Position numbers and translations under genes: made by a program
Assembly (NCBI GenBank): GCA_003971905.1
Contig: RSEE01000014.1
Coordinates: forward strand, 806,001 to 870,000
Length of the DNA stretch: 64,000 nucleotides
Direction of reading: 5' to 3'
DNA from: Moniliella sp. 'wahieum'
Lineage: Eukaryota
Shown here: positions 24,058 to 36,400 of the stretch, in pieces
Layout of the letters: each line of letters begins with the position of its first letter
Numbering within the stretch: the stretch's first letter is position 1
The notes under the pieces: generated by a model
What the model saw: only the letters and a program-made list of their open reading frames with translations
The model's database searches: none
Told to the model about the DNA's origin: nothing

Positions 24058-26398
24058 TCACCTGGACGAGGTCTTGCTCTTGGCACTTTTCTTGCTAGCT
24101 TTCTCTAGCGACTTTTGAATCAACGAAGCATCCTCTCCTCGTTGAACAGCGACTCGTCAGCCTTGGCGTGGGCGGTCTTCTTGTTCTTGCGTGCCTGCGT
24201 GCCCTTGGCTCCTCCCGAGCCAGCACCAAAGCCGGTCATCTCCGGCTCCTCCTCCTCTTGCTTGGCCGAGGTGTGAGTCTTATCCCGCGGGCTCACTTTG
24301 AGCTTGGCAACAAAGAAGCCGTCGAGGTTGTGCACGTGCGGGAAGATGCGCTTGGTGAGCGGCATCTTGGCATCAAACTTCTTGCCCCGGAAGAGGGGAA
24401 GCCATCCCGGCCAAAGTCGACGCCCGTGGGGACAAGCTTAACATTGGGCCGCTTGCGCAGCGCATACTCGACCACCTCCTCGTCCTCCTCCACCAGGACC
24501 GAACAGGTGGAGTAGACTACGTACCCTCCCGTCGGCGAGCGGGTATTGATCGAGTCAATCGCACACAGGATCAGCTGCTTTTGCAAGTGAGTGAGCAGTT
24601 GCATATCGCGTTCGCCCTTGTTGGTTTTGACACTGGCATCTTTGCTGATCACCCCGGTGCCCGAGCAGGGCGAGTCAAGGAGGACACGGTCAAAGCCTCC
24701 ATGACCTTGGGGAACATGCGGCCATCGTAATTGCAAACCACGTTCTTGCATCCCAGCCGGTGCACATTGGCCGTCAACGACTTGATGCGCGCCTTGTTGG
24801 CGTCATTGGCAAACACAACCCCCGTGTTCTGCATCAGTGCCGACAGGTACGTCGACTTGCCTCCCGGAGCGGAGGCCATGTCCAGCACCCGCTCTCCCGG
24901 CTGGGGAGCAAGCGCAATGCAGGGAAGGAAGGACGAAGCGGCTTGGAGCATGTACTGGCCCGCCAAGTCGGGCGTAGCCCCGACCGGCACCGACGACTCA
25001 AACACTTGCAGTCCCACCTTGGACCACTCCCCCAGAGGCTCCAGCGACACACCCCGGTTGATCAGGGCTTGGGCCAAGTCCCTCCTGCGGGTACGAAGGG
25101 TGTTGGTGCGGATGGTAACCGGGCGGGGCATCTCGTTGGCCTCGAAAAACTCCAGCGCCTACAGCATGAAAAATCAACGTCAGTACACGGTCCCAGGGCG
25201 GGGATTCGGCTTCAACCACGTACCTCGGCGGGGGCAAACAAGTCAAAAAACTTCTCGGCCAAAAACCGGTTGTAGCCATAGTAGGAGCAAATGTCTTCCA
25301 ACAACATCTCCACATACTCGGCACGGCTGCGCGCACCCGTCATGTCCGACTTGTCAAAGTTCTTCCAGTTGGTCAGGACCGTCACCGTCTCCTGCATGCG
25401 CTGCTGGACAATCTTGAGATCGGTGCCCTGAAGCTCGGCGATACTTTGCTCGCATCTTGAAGGGTGGGGAGCATCATGTCTTCGTCCTCCTCAGCCGCCG
25501 AACTGTCCTCCGCGACTTCCTCTTCGTCCTCCTCTTCGTCCGCCCCATCCAAGTCAAATTCGTCACCACCCTCCTCGTCCTCGTCCGACGAGCCGTCCAG
25601 CTCATCCGCATCATCACCAGCATCCAAGAAGGCCATCTGCTCCGAGGTGAGCGACTCGTCATCGTCAGCTTCCTCTTCTGCTTGACGAGAGCAGCATCCT
25701 TCTTGGCCTTCTTGACCTTGGTCTTTGTCTCAGACTTGGACTTGCCCTTCTCCTCCTCGTCCGAGTCAAGCGAGTAGCCTTGCGACTTCAGCAGTTGCTC
25801 CAGGCGTGCAATCTCTGCCAACGCCTTCTCCCGCTTCTTGCCCGTTAGCTTGCCGGTATCGGGCAGGTCAAAGCCAAGCTGGGATACGAGCGCATCAGGA
25901 ACCTCCTCGGATCCCGTGGCGGCGGCCTTGGTCTTCTTGGCCTTCTTTGTGGGAACAGGCTCCTCTTCCTCTTCCTCTTCCTTCTCCTCTTCCTCTTCCT
26001 CTTCTCTTCCTCTTCCTCTTCCTCTCCTCTTCCTCTTCCTCTTCCTCCTCATCGTCTACCTCAACGTCCTCGTCCTCGTCGCTTTCCGCGTCTTCCTCCT
26101 CCGAGTCGGCGGGCGCATTGAGAGCCTGCTCCAAAGCACTGGGGTCAAAATCGCCAAACCCGTGCTCCTGCTCATCGTCATCCTCCTCGGCATCGGACAG
26201 GAGCGGGTCGTCCTTGCCAGGCTTGTGGTTCTTCTTGCCACCGCGGACACCGCGGCGGGCCTTGGCCTTGAGAGCGCCCTCGTCGTCGACAGGGGTGGCG
26301 GGGGCCTTGCGCTTCCCGCCAGCAAGGGCCGAAGGCTTGCCGTTGGCGGCGGAAATGGGAGCAGGGGCGGCTTGCTTGTTGCGTTGGCGGCGACCCAT
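24058..26398 (-). CDS. NOP2: 25S rRNA m5C methyltransferase Nop2
   Basis: MGRRQRNKQ start, acidic N-terminus, PRPVTIRTNTLRTRRRDLAQALINRGV, RVLDMASAPGGKS, FDRVLLDSPCSGTG, VYSTCS and PHVHNLDGFFVAK. Confidence 0.95.
25960..26050. repeat. (TCTTCC)n microsatellite encoding poly-Glu within NOP2
   Basis: Visible tandem TCTTCC/TCC units. Confidence 0.85.
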
Positions 26399-26826
26399 TG
26401 TCGTTCGGGATGAGCCAGCAGAGGTGGGGGAGAGGCTGACGACAAGAAAAGCAGCGGTGCAGGTGGGATGGAAAAAAAATAAAAGACACCTGCCGCCGCT
26501 ATTCCGCCCATTCCGCCTTGGCATTGTGAAACGTTGCAATGCTGCTACCGCTGCCGGTGCAAGTTCCCTGCTCAGGAGTGCGGTCACCGGTCACCGGTCA
26601 CGGGCTAGCCTGATTACGTCGATTGCGCGTTACGTTACGCGTCACGCGGCACGGGGCAAAGTCACAAGTCTGTCACATGTGTATCACACGTGACGGTCTG
26701 CGTTCCGAAGCTTCAAGTTGCAGTCTCCCGATGACGTTGGTGGTCGACAGAAGCCACGGCAGGTGCTCGGAGCGTCCCTTCGCCGGCTCCACCACCGCCT
26801 TCTTCCCCCACGCGGGCCTCCTCCTC

Positions 26827-28275
26827 ATGGCGTCGGCCAAGATCTTTTCGCTGGCGGTGCGCACGCTCAGCAAGCCGGTTGCCGGCTACATCAAGAACCA
26901 GGCGCATCAGCACAACGGATTCAAGCAGGTGTGTTTCTGTTGCGCCGCCGCCCATCGCCCATCCGCCGGCGCCATCCGGCTCGCCACGAATTGGCATTCC
27001 ACGTGAACGCGCTTGCTGACCCATGCCTTCTTTCTCCCCAGATCTGCATTGGTTTGGGTCAAACCATGTACAAGACCGAGACGATGATGCGCCTCAACCT
27101 GCTCATGACACCGCCCAGCGCGAGCGCGAGCGCAAAAAGATCGAGGAGGAAGCGGCTAAGAAAAAAGAACGTGAAGAGGCCCAGAAACGCAAGGAACAAG
27201 AGAGGCTCGCGAGAAGGCTCGCCAAGAAGCCATTGCTCGAGGCGAGGAGGTTGAACCACCGCCTCCACCGGAGGCACCTTCAACTGCCAAGGAGGAAGCA
27301 GCCAAACGAGAGGAGCCTGCTGCTGTCAAGCCCACCTTGCGCACTCGCCTGCCCTTTCTCTTTACCTTATCCCACTCCCCGCTCATGGCAGCCTACCGTC
27401 CACTAAGCGATTCCAAGGCGCTGGAGCGCGGCGCACAAACGTTCAGTGAACTCTTCATCTTTAGTGTTGCACTCGCATTGATTTTGGCCGAGACGTATCG
27501 CGGCAGCCGAAACCGGCGCAAAGAAAGACGGCGACCGACGAACGCATTGACGAATTGACCGAGGTTGTTCGTCTGCTTGCTTCCCAGCTCGACCAACTCG
27601 AAGCCCAGCGGAGTCAACAGCCCACCATTGCTAAGCGCCTGGCGAGTGCTCTGTCAGGCGACGCACCGTGTCGGACCGCCGGCCCCTATTTGATTTTGAC
27701 GCCCTAGTCTCTGAGGCCAAACGACGGGTGGCTCAGGCCGAAGCTGAGGCTCAAGCTCAGTTGGCAGAAGAAGAAGCTGCAGAAAAAGCCAAACGCTCTC
27801 ACTCGTTCGTCACAGCTCTATCATCGGCTCCCTCGACGGTGACGCACCTCCCCCTGGCCAGCCTGGTATGCCTCGTTCTCTGCCCCTCTAGAGACTGAGC
27901 CAAAACTGACCCGCTAGGCACCTTTCCCTCAGCTGCTGCATCCCAATGGAGTATATGGAAGCGGAGAACGACTCGCTGAGGGAGACGGTGGCTGCGCTGT
28001 TGCGCTTGGCAATGCAGAATGGATTGTTGGAACGAGACTTGGATATGACGATGGCGTCCCGTCCATCGGTCAATGTCCCGCCTCCTGCACCTGTCTTCCC
28101 CCTCACACCTCCATCGCAGCCCGCGGAGGAAGACATGCGGACCCAGATCCAGCGTGTGGCCGATGCTCGTGCCCGCGCGATCGTCCAAGAAGTTCGGTCC
28201 GACATGCTACCTCCCGAACCGGCAACCAGGTCGGCGCAATGGCAGCAACCCCCCTCGCTTGCTTCGAGCGCGTAA
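26827..28275 (+). CDS. OPA3-family mitochondrial protein, elongated
   Basis: KIFSLAVRTLSKPVAGYIKNQA...ICIGLGQ and RPLSDSKALERGAQTFSELFIFSVA; introns ~26929-27042 and ~27866-27917. Linking the C-terminal part to the same gene is inferred. Confidence 0.78.
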
Positions 28276-28494
28276 TCATTTATGCTGGCATGTGTTTGGT
28301 AACCAGATCATCTGATCTTGCTTGATCACCACTTTTATGCATCGAAGTGCGAGACGTCAAATAATCCATGCCAGGGCGTGTATACATAGTGTAGCCCATG
28401 CTCGAGGGACAAGGGGGGAGAAAAGCGTGTATCGAGTATCAATCGGAGGAGGGGGAGGTGGTAGCGGTATACCGTGTTTATTAGAGTCTTCAGG

Positions 28495-31056
28495 TCAATA
28501 CGACATATACTGCAGCAAAGGGTGGGATGCCCGAGTTGTCGGGAACGAGCTGAAGAGTAACGAGGCCACGAAAATGCACAACGGTGGGCGAACCATCATC
28601 AGTTCGGGATCGATACCCAAGCGGTAGTCCATCGTAGTGTGGTTCCAAGCTTGGGTGCCACGTAGGTAGGCTAGCCGGTCGACGATGAAATCATGGGTCA
28701 AGGTAAAAGAGCCGCCTGAGGCGGTGCCCATTGTAGCTTGGACGGGAGCAGAGCCAGGGGGAGGACAGAATAGACTGCGGAAGCGTATGCCTCCAATACT
28801 CGCATCACATCCGGACGAGCGACCAGATCAAAGTAGACCAACTGACCCGAATCAATGGCCGGGGGAGCAAGATGAAGGCAATCGCACATTCGTCGATTCC
28901 CAGTTAGGACTACGCCAGTGCGAGAAAGGAGGATCATGGCGTGGGGGACCGAATCAAACAGATTGAGACGGTAGTGGATAAGGTAGTATGAAACGATTGA
29001 TGTGCCGACTCCAGTTGTTTTCCGTCTGGTGCAGACTTAAACGCAAGTACCGAAGACGAACTGTTCCCAACACACGATCAAACGCTTGCCGTCTCTTGAC
29101 CTCAAACGCACGCGTAAGCCAAATGGCCAACTGACCGTATCCCCACGGTCCTAACTTATTGTCCCAGTCCATATGCAATGCCACGAGTGTCAGTGCTTCC
29201 TCAGCCAGGACACTTTGCGGATACTGGAGTAGGCGGCGTAAAGGGGCTTGAACCTGCAGCATCTTTTGCATAGGCACGCTAGTACACCCATGTCTGAGGG
29301 AGAAAAAATAATAATAAAATAAAGAAAAATAATGATTAGTACGCGTCAGAGGAAAGAGAGAAACGAAAGGGAGGGGAAGAAGAGTCAGAGGAATGTGGAA
29401 GGTAAGGGAACTCACATATCGGAAGGATTGAGGGTTCCGTCAAGGATCGCTTCTGTCACAGTGGCATCTTGACCCGACAGGAGCTGGCAGACATGCAATG
29501 CATCTGCCACCGTCTGCTGCAAAACCCGTTCTCCCTCTCCACCATCGTCGTGAGGCAAAAAGTCGAGATCGGTCGCGCCGACACGGGTAACCAACGAGAT
29601 GGGAATTGCCAACGTCTGAACGGGACTATTCCTCGTTAATGGTTGCATTGCGAAGAAGGGCGATCATCTGGCTCAAAGGGGGGCCTAAAACGAGTTGGGG
29701 TGAGGAAGCCGACATCTCCAGTGGATGCCCCGTGGTGGTCTGCCGGTCGACACGGTGTGACGTCTCCCTTCATCCGTCGCAGAGGGAAGAGTTGTATACT
29801 TGGTCCGGGCGAATAGCTTTGAGAAGTACCAGGAGGAACATCGCTCGGCAGGGGGTCATCCTTGCAAAGATGGGCAATCCCTCGCTTGATGCATCGGCCA
29901 CCGGGCGCAAGGGAGAACAGGGCATATGACTTCGTTTGCAGTACACACACGCCTTCTTAACCTTCTTCCGAACCTGGACATTGTCCACCTTGGCTGTTCC
30001 TGGCCTTGGGATGAAAGCGATTGGTCGGTCAAGTATTTAAACTGGCGCCGACGACCCCTCGTCGTTTGCCGCTCATCACCGATGACGAGGTAGTTGCGTT
30101 GATAGAATCGCGAAGCCCAACTGAGGAAACCGCGTTAGAATGCGATGTACGGCGAGAGACAGGCGCCAAAACTTCAGAATTTCCCGACGAGCCAGGCAGA
30201 GGACTAGCGGAAGGGTTGAGGATGCGAGCCAACGAAGAAGAAGAAGGCTGGTCAGACATGCCCGTGTCGGCTGTACGATTTGGGACTCCTGTCGCTGACG
30301 ACCCGCTTTGAGACCCGCTTTGTTTGGTGCGAGGGAAAAACTCCTTTGGCGAATGCAAGGAGGATCCCGTCTGCTGTGCCACACCGGGCGGTGCCCCGAC
30401 CGATCCAGGTTCTAACGTGGAAGGGAGGGATAGAGTGCGTGTGACGTGCTGCGCGCTGTTAGAAGGAGAGGGTCGGATGAAATCGGCCTCCTCGGCCTCG
30501 CTGCCCCAAACCCGCTGTACGGGATGCTTCCACTGGGTGCTAGAGGTGCTCCTTTGGTCGACGAAGGAAGGTGAGGATTGACGATGAGGTGTAACGGATG
30601 GGGTGGATGAGAATAGGGGAAGAGAAGTGGCTTAGTGTTTGTTGGCCTTGCTCGGGCGGGGGCTTGAGAGGAATTCTTTGCAGCAATCGGTGGGGATGAG
30701 GTATGCCTTCTTGGCGCAGGGCCGGGGAAACGGCGGTGGGAGGAAGGGTAGAAGCATGGAACAGAGAAGTGGATGCAAAGGCATGGTTCTGCGTCGATGT
30801 CAATGGTCCTTCCGCCTGACGTTGGGCGGGAAGAGACTGGGATAGGGGTTGGGCCAGATGCGGAAGCAAAGACGGCAGGGGAGAGGGAGGCCCGCCAGGC
30901 CCCAAAAAAGGTCCAGTAACAGGGTCTGAGCTTGGGATACCTGTTGGATGCTGTTGTCTCCATGTTCGCGCCAGACAGGATGCTCAGAAGAGGTGCTGTA
31001 CTCAGGCCAGATCGTCTCGTGCGCAGGGCGAGTGGGTCGGGGGGAGGAGGTGGCAT
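28495..31056 (-). CDS. Zn(II)2Cys6 transcription factor, Rds2/AcuM/Ert1-like with PAS-type C-terminus
   Basis: RKKVKKACVYCKRSHMPCSPLRP(C)GRCIKRGIAHLC at ~29870-29975, and SRTGVVLTGN resembling the family WRRTGEI..GN motif; intron ~29295-29415. Start uncertain. Confidence 0.75.
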
Positions 31057-32861
31057 GGGAGTGCTGATGGACAGCTACACGCGAGGCGGCCGACAGGGGA
31101 AACGCGGAGAGGGACGGCAGGGCGGAAAGGAAGCGCAAGGCGCAGAAAGGACACGGGGAGGGTGGTAGATTCTCAGCGGGCGCGGAATGCAATGAAAACC
31201 CAAAGCAGCAAGTACCACTGTAAGGAACAGAGAGCGGAACATTTTTAGAAGAGAGAGGATAGATTCAGCACGACTGGGCGCATACACTAGGCCCTCCGAA
31301 CCACCGACCGCCACAGGCTTGCGCAATCGCACTTGGGCACAGCTCTACAGGATACACCCTGGTCACCGGTCACATCTCTAAAGGCCCCTCTTGGGCCGAA
31401 GTATCCAATTGGAGAGTGTTTACGCGCGTTTACGGAAATGTTGATCTATAGGGCGCCTGCACAGGAGGGTCAGTTATTAACCGCCATGGTTACATATATA
31501 GCAACAGCACTGTGGGACGCGCGTGAAGCCTGCTTAGGTCCATGCGACATGTTACAGACCACACCAGCGGGGTATCCGCCCGATACCATGCACCGGTTTT
31601 CGCCATTGTGACATGTGACCATGTGGCCCCAGAGGACTGGATGGGGTAGTGCAGAGTGGTCCTGGAGGTGCCTGCTTGAAACGTGATGCCCAAAATCCTG
31701 GTCATGTTGCATTTTATGGAAGCGCGGCGGGCGTCGGTAGCATCCCAAAAACCGGCACAAGTGTTGAGGCTAGGCCGGCTAGGAGATGTGCCAGAGGGTC
31801 TGATCGATCTGTGTGAGGCAAGTATTGATTGAGATCTGAAGAGGGGCATGGGCCGTGAGATAGACGAGGGTGGCAGGACCGTACAGGGCCGCCACAATCC
31901 GCTGACCAAATGAACCGCCAGCCACACAAAAGGGCCTCCAAAGGTTGGAACAGATTCGAACAAGCTTTGGAACAAGTTGGAACTCGATTGGCATATACTT
32001 TGGCAGGCACCAGAAGGCAGGTTGTGGAGAGAGCAAAGGTAGCAGCCGCACAGGAGCGCTCTGTCCCAGTCAAATGACCTTCTGGAGATCAGGGAAAGCC
32101 TGGGGAATGGCAGCAGGGAATAGCTTATTGATTAGTAGAGTATTAGTAGAGTATCGGACCAGTGGGTGCCACAGCAACTACTTGAGAAGGGGGGTGTGAT
32201 TGTGATTCATTCGACAGAGGAGAAACTAGAAGAGACGTCGCACGCGCCGATACTAGGACTGGTCTCGGATATCTGGATCTGGATCCGATGAATGATCACC
32301 GAGACTAGTGTCAGCCACTAGCAGTTAGTCACTACGAGCCCTGCTGCCTACTGCAGACTGGAGCGACTGGAGCACGTCGGTGGGGCAACTGTCACCAGCG
32401 TCACATCCAGTGCCGTGGACACAAACGCGTCAGGCCGGAGACAGGGTCTTTTTTCGGCGGAGTTTGTGCCACAAAAGTGCGGTTGGTGAGGCTCGAGGCC
32501 TGAGGCCTGTGTCCTGAAGCTTGAAGCCAGGGGATGCAGGATGCAGGATGAGGCGCTTCAAGGTACTCATGGGCTGGATGGCAGTCCATGCGGCGCTCCT
32601 TTTGGTCTGTTCCCGAGAGCCCTTGGGCCTTGGAGAGCTTGGGAGAAGCACTGGGACATGGTGTTTGGGTCTGGCATGGGGTCAGTGTGCTGCCATCTTC
32701 CCTGCTGGCTGGCTTGGCTGAATGTGACGGAATGCACAGTGGCCCAGTGCCTTATCTGTCGCCGCGAAGCCTGAGACTGAGCTAGTGCGTCGACTGGGTG
32801 GCCCCCTTTTCGGCCGCCTGGAGGCGCGCGATCTGAGATTTAGTACCTGAGATTTAGTATA

Positions 32862-33231
32862 CTAGAAGACCACCGGGCCTACGGCCCGGTCAGCTGGGGC
32901 TTCGCCCCAGCTTGATGCTTGGTGCACCGTCGCCATCTTAGCCACCGGGTCCGCCTTCGCCACCGTAGCCACCGGTCCACCGTTCCACGCTGGAGGGTGC
33001 TTGGTCGCCACCTTAGCCACCGTTCCCCCGTCGCCACCGTAGCCACCGGTCCACCGTTCCACGCTGGAGAGCGGAATAGTATTCACCACTACGCCTCGGG
33101 CGGAATTTTATCACCCATGTGCATCCGCCTGGCTGCGCCCGCCTGGAACGCGCCGGGTGAAACGTGCCAGGTGGCATGCTTGTGTAATTTTACGTAAAGT
33201 AAAAAGGGGGTCTGCGATATAAGAAGGGAGA
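32862..33231 (-). mobile_element. Non-autonomous Helitron, copy 1 (370 bp)
   Basis: Minus strand begins TCTCCCTTCTTATATCGCAG and ends ACCGGGCC-GTA-GGCCCGGT hairpin + GGTCTT-CTAG followed by T; internal GCCACCNTAGCCACC minisatellite. Confidence 0.85.
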
Positions 33232-33532
33232 CTAGAAGACCACCGGGCCTACGGCCCGGTCAGCTGGGCTTCGCCCCAGCTGTGCTGCGTCGCCACCTTA
33301 GCCACCGGTCCGCCTTCGCCACCGTAGCCACCGTTCCCCCCATCGCCACCTTAGCCACCGGTCCACCGTCGCCATCGTAGCCTCCATTCCACGCTGGAGG
33401 AATTTTATCACCCATGTGCATGGCTGAGCGCGCGGGGTGGGTTGCGGGGCTGCGTCACCCGCGCAGCGAACGCAAACAAGTAGGTAAGCATGACGTAAAG
33501 TAAAAAGGGGGTCTGCGATATAAAAAGAGAGA
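33232..33532 (-). mobile_element. Non-autonomous Helitron, copy 2 (301 bp), head-to-tail with copy 1
   Basis: Same termini: A|TCTCTCTTTTTATATCGCAG 5' end, identical hairpin + CTAG 3' end that abuts the TC of copy 1. Confidence 0.85.
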
Positions 33533-33999
33533 TGAGATCTGAAGCATCAGCGATCGGAGATCCGAGCCATAGCTAATACGTATCCACTTCGGCTTCGGCG
33601 CTACTACAGCCTACGACAAAAATACTAACCATTACCAGTGCTATTAGTAAAGATGTGCTTCCTGCCATGCGCGCTGTGTGACGCGGGCGAATGCTGGCAG
33701 GTGAACCAGCGGAGCGCACCGATCCCCTTCCAGTCCCCATCAGGCCCTTGTATTCGTGCGAGCGAATGTTGGCAGGCAGGCCAGCGGAGCTCGTGTGCTG
33801 TCCCCGAAGTCCCAGAAGAGGCGAGCATTTGCCCCGGCGGACAACAACGCCTCTACCCCCTCCCTTTCCCTTCTGCCCCCAAGATGGCTTTGACTCGCAC
33901 CCTCGACGAAGAAGGAAGGAGGGGAGTGCGAATATGAGAAGAAACTTTGATTCGCAACCCCCGACGCTCGAAAAGGAAGGAGGGGCATGTGAGCAAGAA

Positions 34000-36400
34000 C
34001 CCGTTTGGATGGCATGCCTACTAATGACCGAAGGAACGATGAGGGGCATGCCAAGTATCCAAGTACCCAGTCCCCGTTCTAAGTTGCTCGGCGCAGGCAG
34101 GGACGTGTCGCTGATCGTGTGCCCAAAGACCGGAGGAGAAAACGGCATATTACTTCTCGATTCTTTACCGTGGAAATGAGAGATGAGCGCACGGGTAAGT
34201 GTACACTCCTTCACCGCATCCTCCGCTGTTGGGAGAGAGGGAAGCCGTTCTTTTAAGCGTGAGGACAGGCTTGGTGAAAAGGAGCGTGGTGTTACGGGAG
34301 GAGAGGGGCTGGCAAGCCCGGGGGAGCCTACTAAGCTGGCGCATCTCCACCTCCTCTCCTCGTCAATTTGATCAACCCAGTACAGGTTACTCCTCCTCTT
34401 ACTTGCTCCTCCGCTTCTCGATCTCGTCCTCCAGCACCCGTCTTCAGCTTTCCGTCCTCAGACAACCCTTCACGTGCGCCTCCCAGGTGCCACTTCGAAG
34501 CCAGCTCAGTTCAGCCGCGTGTGGTCCCGCTTCCAGCAACGCCGCCCCCCTGTCCTAGTCCAGATCCAGCTCTGGCAGTGTTTCACTCCGCTGCCACTAC
34601 CCATTCCTAAACCCGATGGCTTCAGACACGCTACGGCTGCCCAAGCCGGTGCTACGCAGCCTTGCCACACTTGCAGCCGCCTCTGCTATACGCGCAGAGG
34701 CCTCTCCTTGTCCTTTGTCCCGCTCGGACCACCAAACATTCCAAGCACGTAGCAACTATCTTGAGTCGACCCCCTAGGACCTCCAAGGGGCTGCACACCC
34801 CTTAACCCCCCCCCCCTCGGGCGGGCCCCCGCCCGTAGTGACCCGCTGAGCTAACACGTTTTGAATCTCGAAAGGTGAAGGAAGTGGTGCCCATATTTCC
34901 CTCCGGGGGTGCGTGTATTGCCCGGTATTTGGGTCCTGAGTACCAAGAAGGATACCGAATGCCGCTTTGTCGTGCCCCCTTTCATGTGTGTGAGAGCATC
35001 TTCAGCTCCCCAGGCCGTGGAAAAAGTCGTGTGCACTCCCGCGGTTCGTACCTCAGCCGTCAATACTTTGATCGCGGATTTTGAGGTAGAAGGGCTCCAG
35101 CTGTTTACCGCCGACGTAGAAGCCGCCCACCTCTACGTTGATGCAACGGAAGAAGTCTATGTCCTTGGCCTCCTCCTTTTTCCCCGAAGGGGAAAGGGTA
35201 AGTGCGTGAAACTTAAGAAAAGTCTTCATGCCCTCCACCAAAGCGGGGCCAATGTTGGCGACTGGTTACGTACTTTCCCCTGAGAATCGTCTTGTGGTTT
35301 TGCCAGCCTCAAGTCCGAACCGCGCATCTTCCTACGTCGCACGATGTCCTCGGACCTCAGTCTCTTGGCGATGCACACTGACGGTTTCCTTGTTGCTTGC
35401 CGTTCGGGGACAATATACGACCCTTTTTCCTTACCGAGCTTCGCCGACGTGTTGTGGGAGATGAAATCCAATGGTCCCCTTCGTTCCCATCTCGGATGGC
35501 ATTACGACCGCTGCATTGGCGGGCTTCTCTACATGAGCCATCCGAAATATGTTGCCGAGACGCTTGTCATCCACGGCATGACCCACGATCATCCTCGACC
35601 CCTCCCGCTCAATCACACTTTTCCTTCTTCCCATCGTCCCGAGCACGAAGTGCGCACGACCCGCGACGAGAATCAGGCTTACAGCTGCTCTTGGTTGGTT
35701 CCCCCTTGTGGTCAGCCCGCATGTTCCGTCCAGACACCTTGTTTGCCGCAACCTTCTTAGCTCGTTTTTTTTGGATGACCCTTTTGTCGAGCTCATATTG
35801 TGACGCTGCTGTGAGGTTGCTATAAGGTGCTGGAAGGGACTGCAGACCGTTCCCTCCCCTTGGCTCCTGACCGCGCCAGACCTCTTCTCGAATTGCACAC
35901 GGATACTTCCTTGGCATGGGACAAGAGCTACTCAAGGTCTGCTTCCGGGTGCGTTGTCTTTGAATACCACGTGCCAGTATCGTGGAACACCAAGACGCAG
36001 AAGCAAGGGGTGAGCGACACGGCCGCGTCGGAGTACCTGGCCATGTGGGTGACGGGCTGCGCGATGCGCTCTTTATGCGCAACATTCTTTTGCGCTGGGT
36101 AGCTGCTCTGCCGCACACCCCATCCAGAACGTTGTGGACAACAGTACACACGCAGGCTCTTGCCGAGAAACTCTCTCGGCATCCTGGGTACGATGCGCGA
36201 AGAGATAGACGTGGGCGGTACCACTAGGTGTGATGAGAACACATCTATTGCGGCGAACTTGTGCCTCACCACATGTCGTTGTGGACTCGATCATCGATCT
36301 CTCTGGTTGTTACTGGTTCACTAAAGCTGTTGGCCTTCATCCCAACCTCACTTCTATATCTCACAGCAATTCGGTTTAGCTCCCTTTTTCTTCTCGTCGG
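34000..36400 (+). mobile_element. Decayed Ty1/copia pol (possible integrase remnant, RT, RNase H)
   Basis: RT motifs LQLFTADVEAAHL..EEVYV, CVKLKKSLHALHQSG, LAMHTDGFLV (YVDD decayed), VGSPLWSARMFRPDTLFA; RNase H LHTDTSLAWD..RSASGCV...VSWNTKTQ...TAASEYLA. Stops and frameshifts throughout; LTRs not found. Confidence 0.85.

Noticed and set aside
26405..26490. PAC/RRPE ribosome-biogenesis motifs upstream of NOP2
   Set aside because: GATGAG lies only about 10 bp from the ATG and the A-tract is a poor match; could be chance.
31333..32800. Short ORFs left of the Helitrons
   Set aside because: No motifs or coding-like bias; treated as intergenic.
32862..33532. CRISPR-like array (hairpin repeat with variable interior)
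   Set aside because: Eukaryotic context, only two units of over 300 bp, and no cas genes; Helitron termini explain it.
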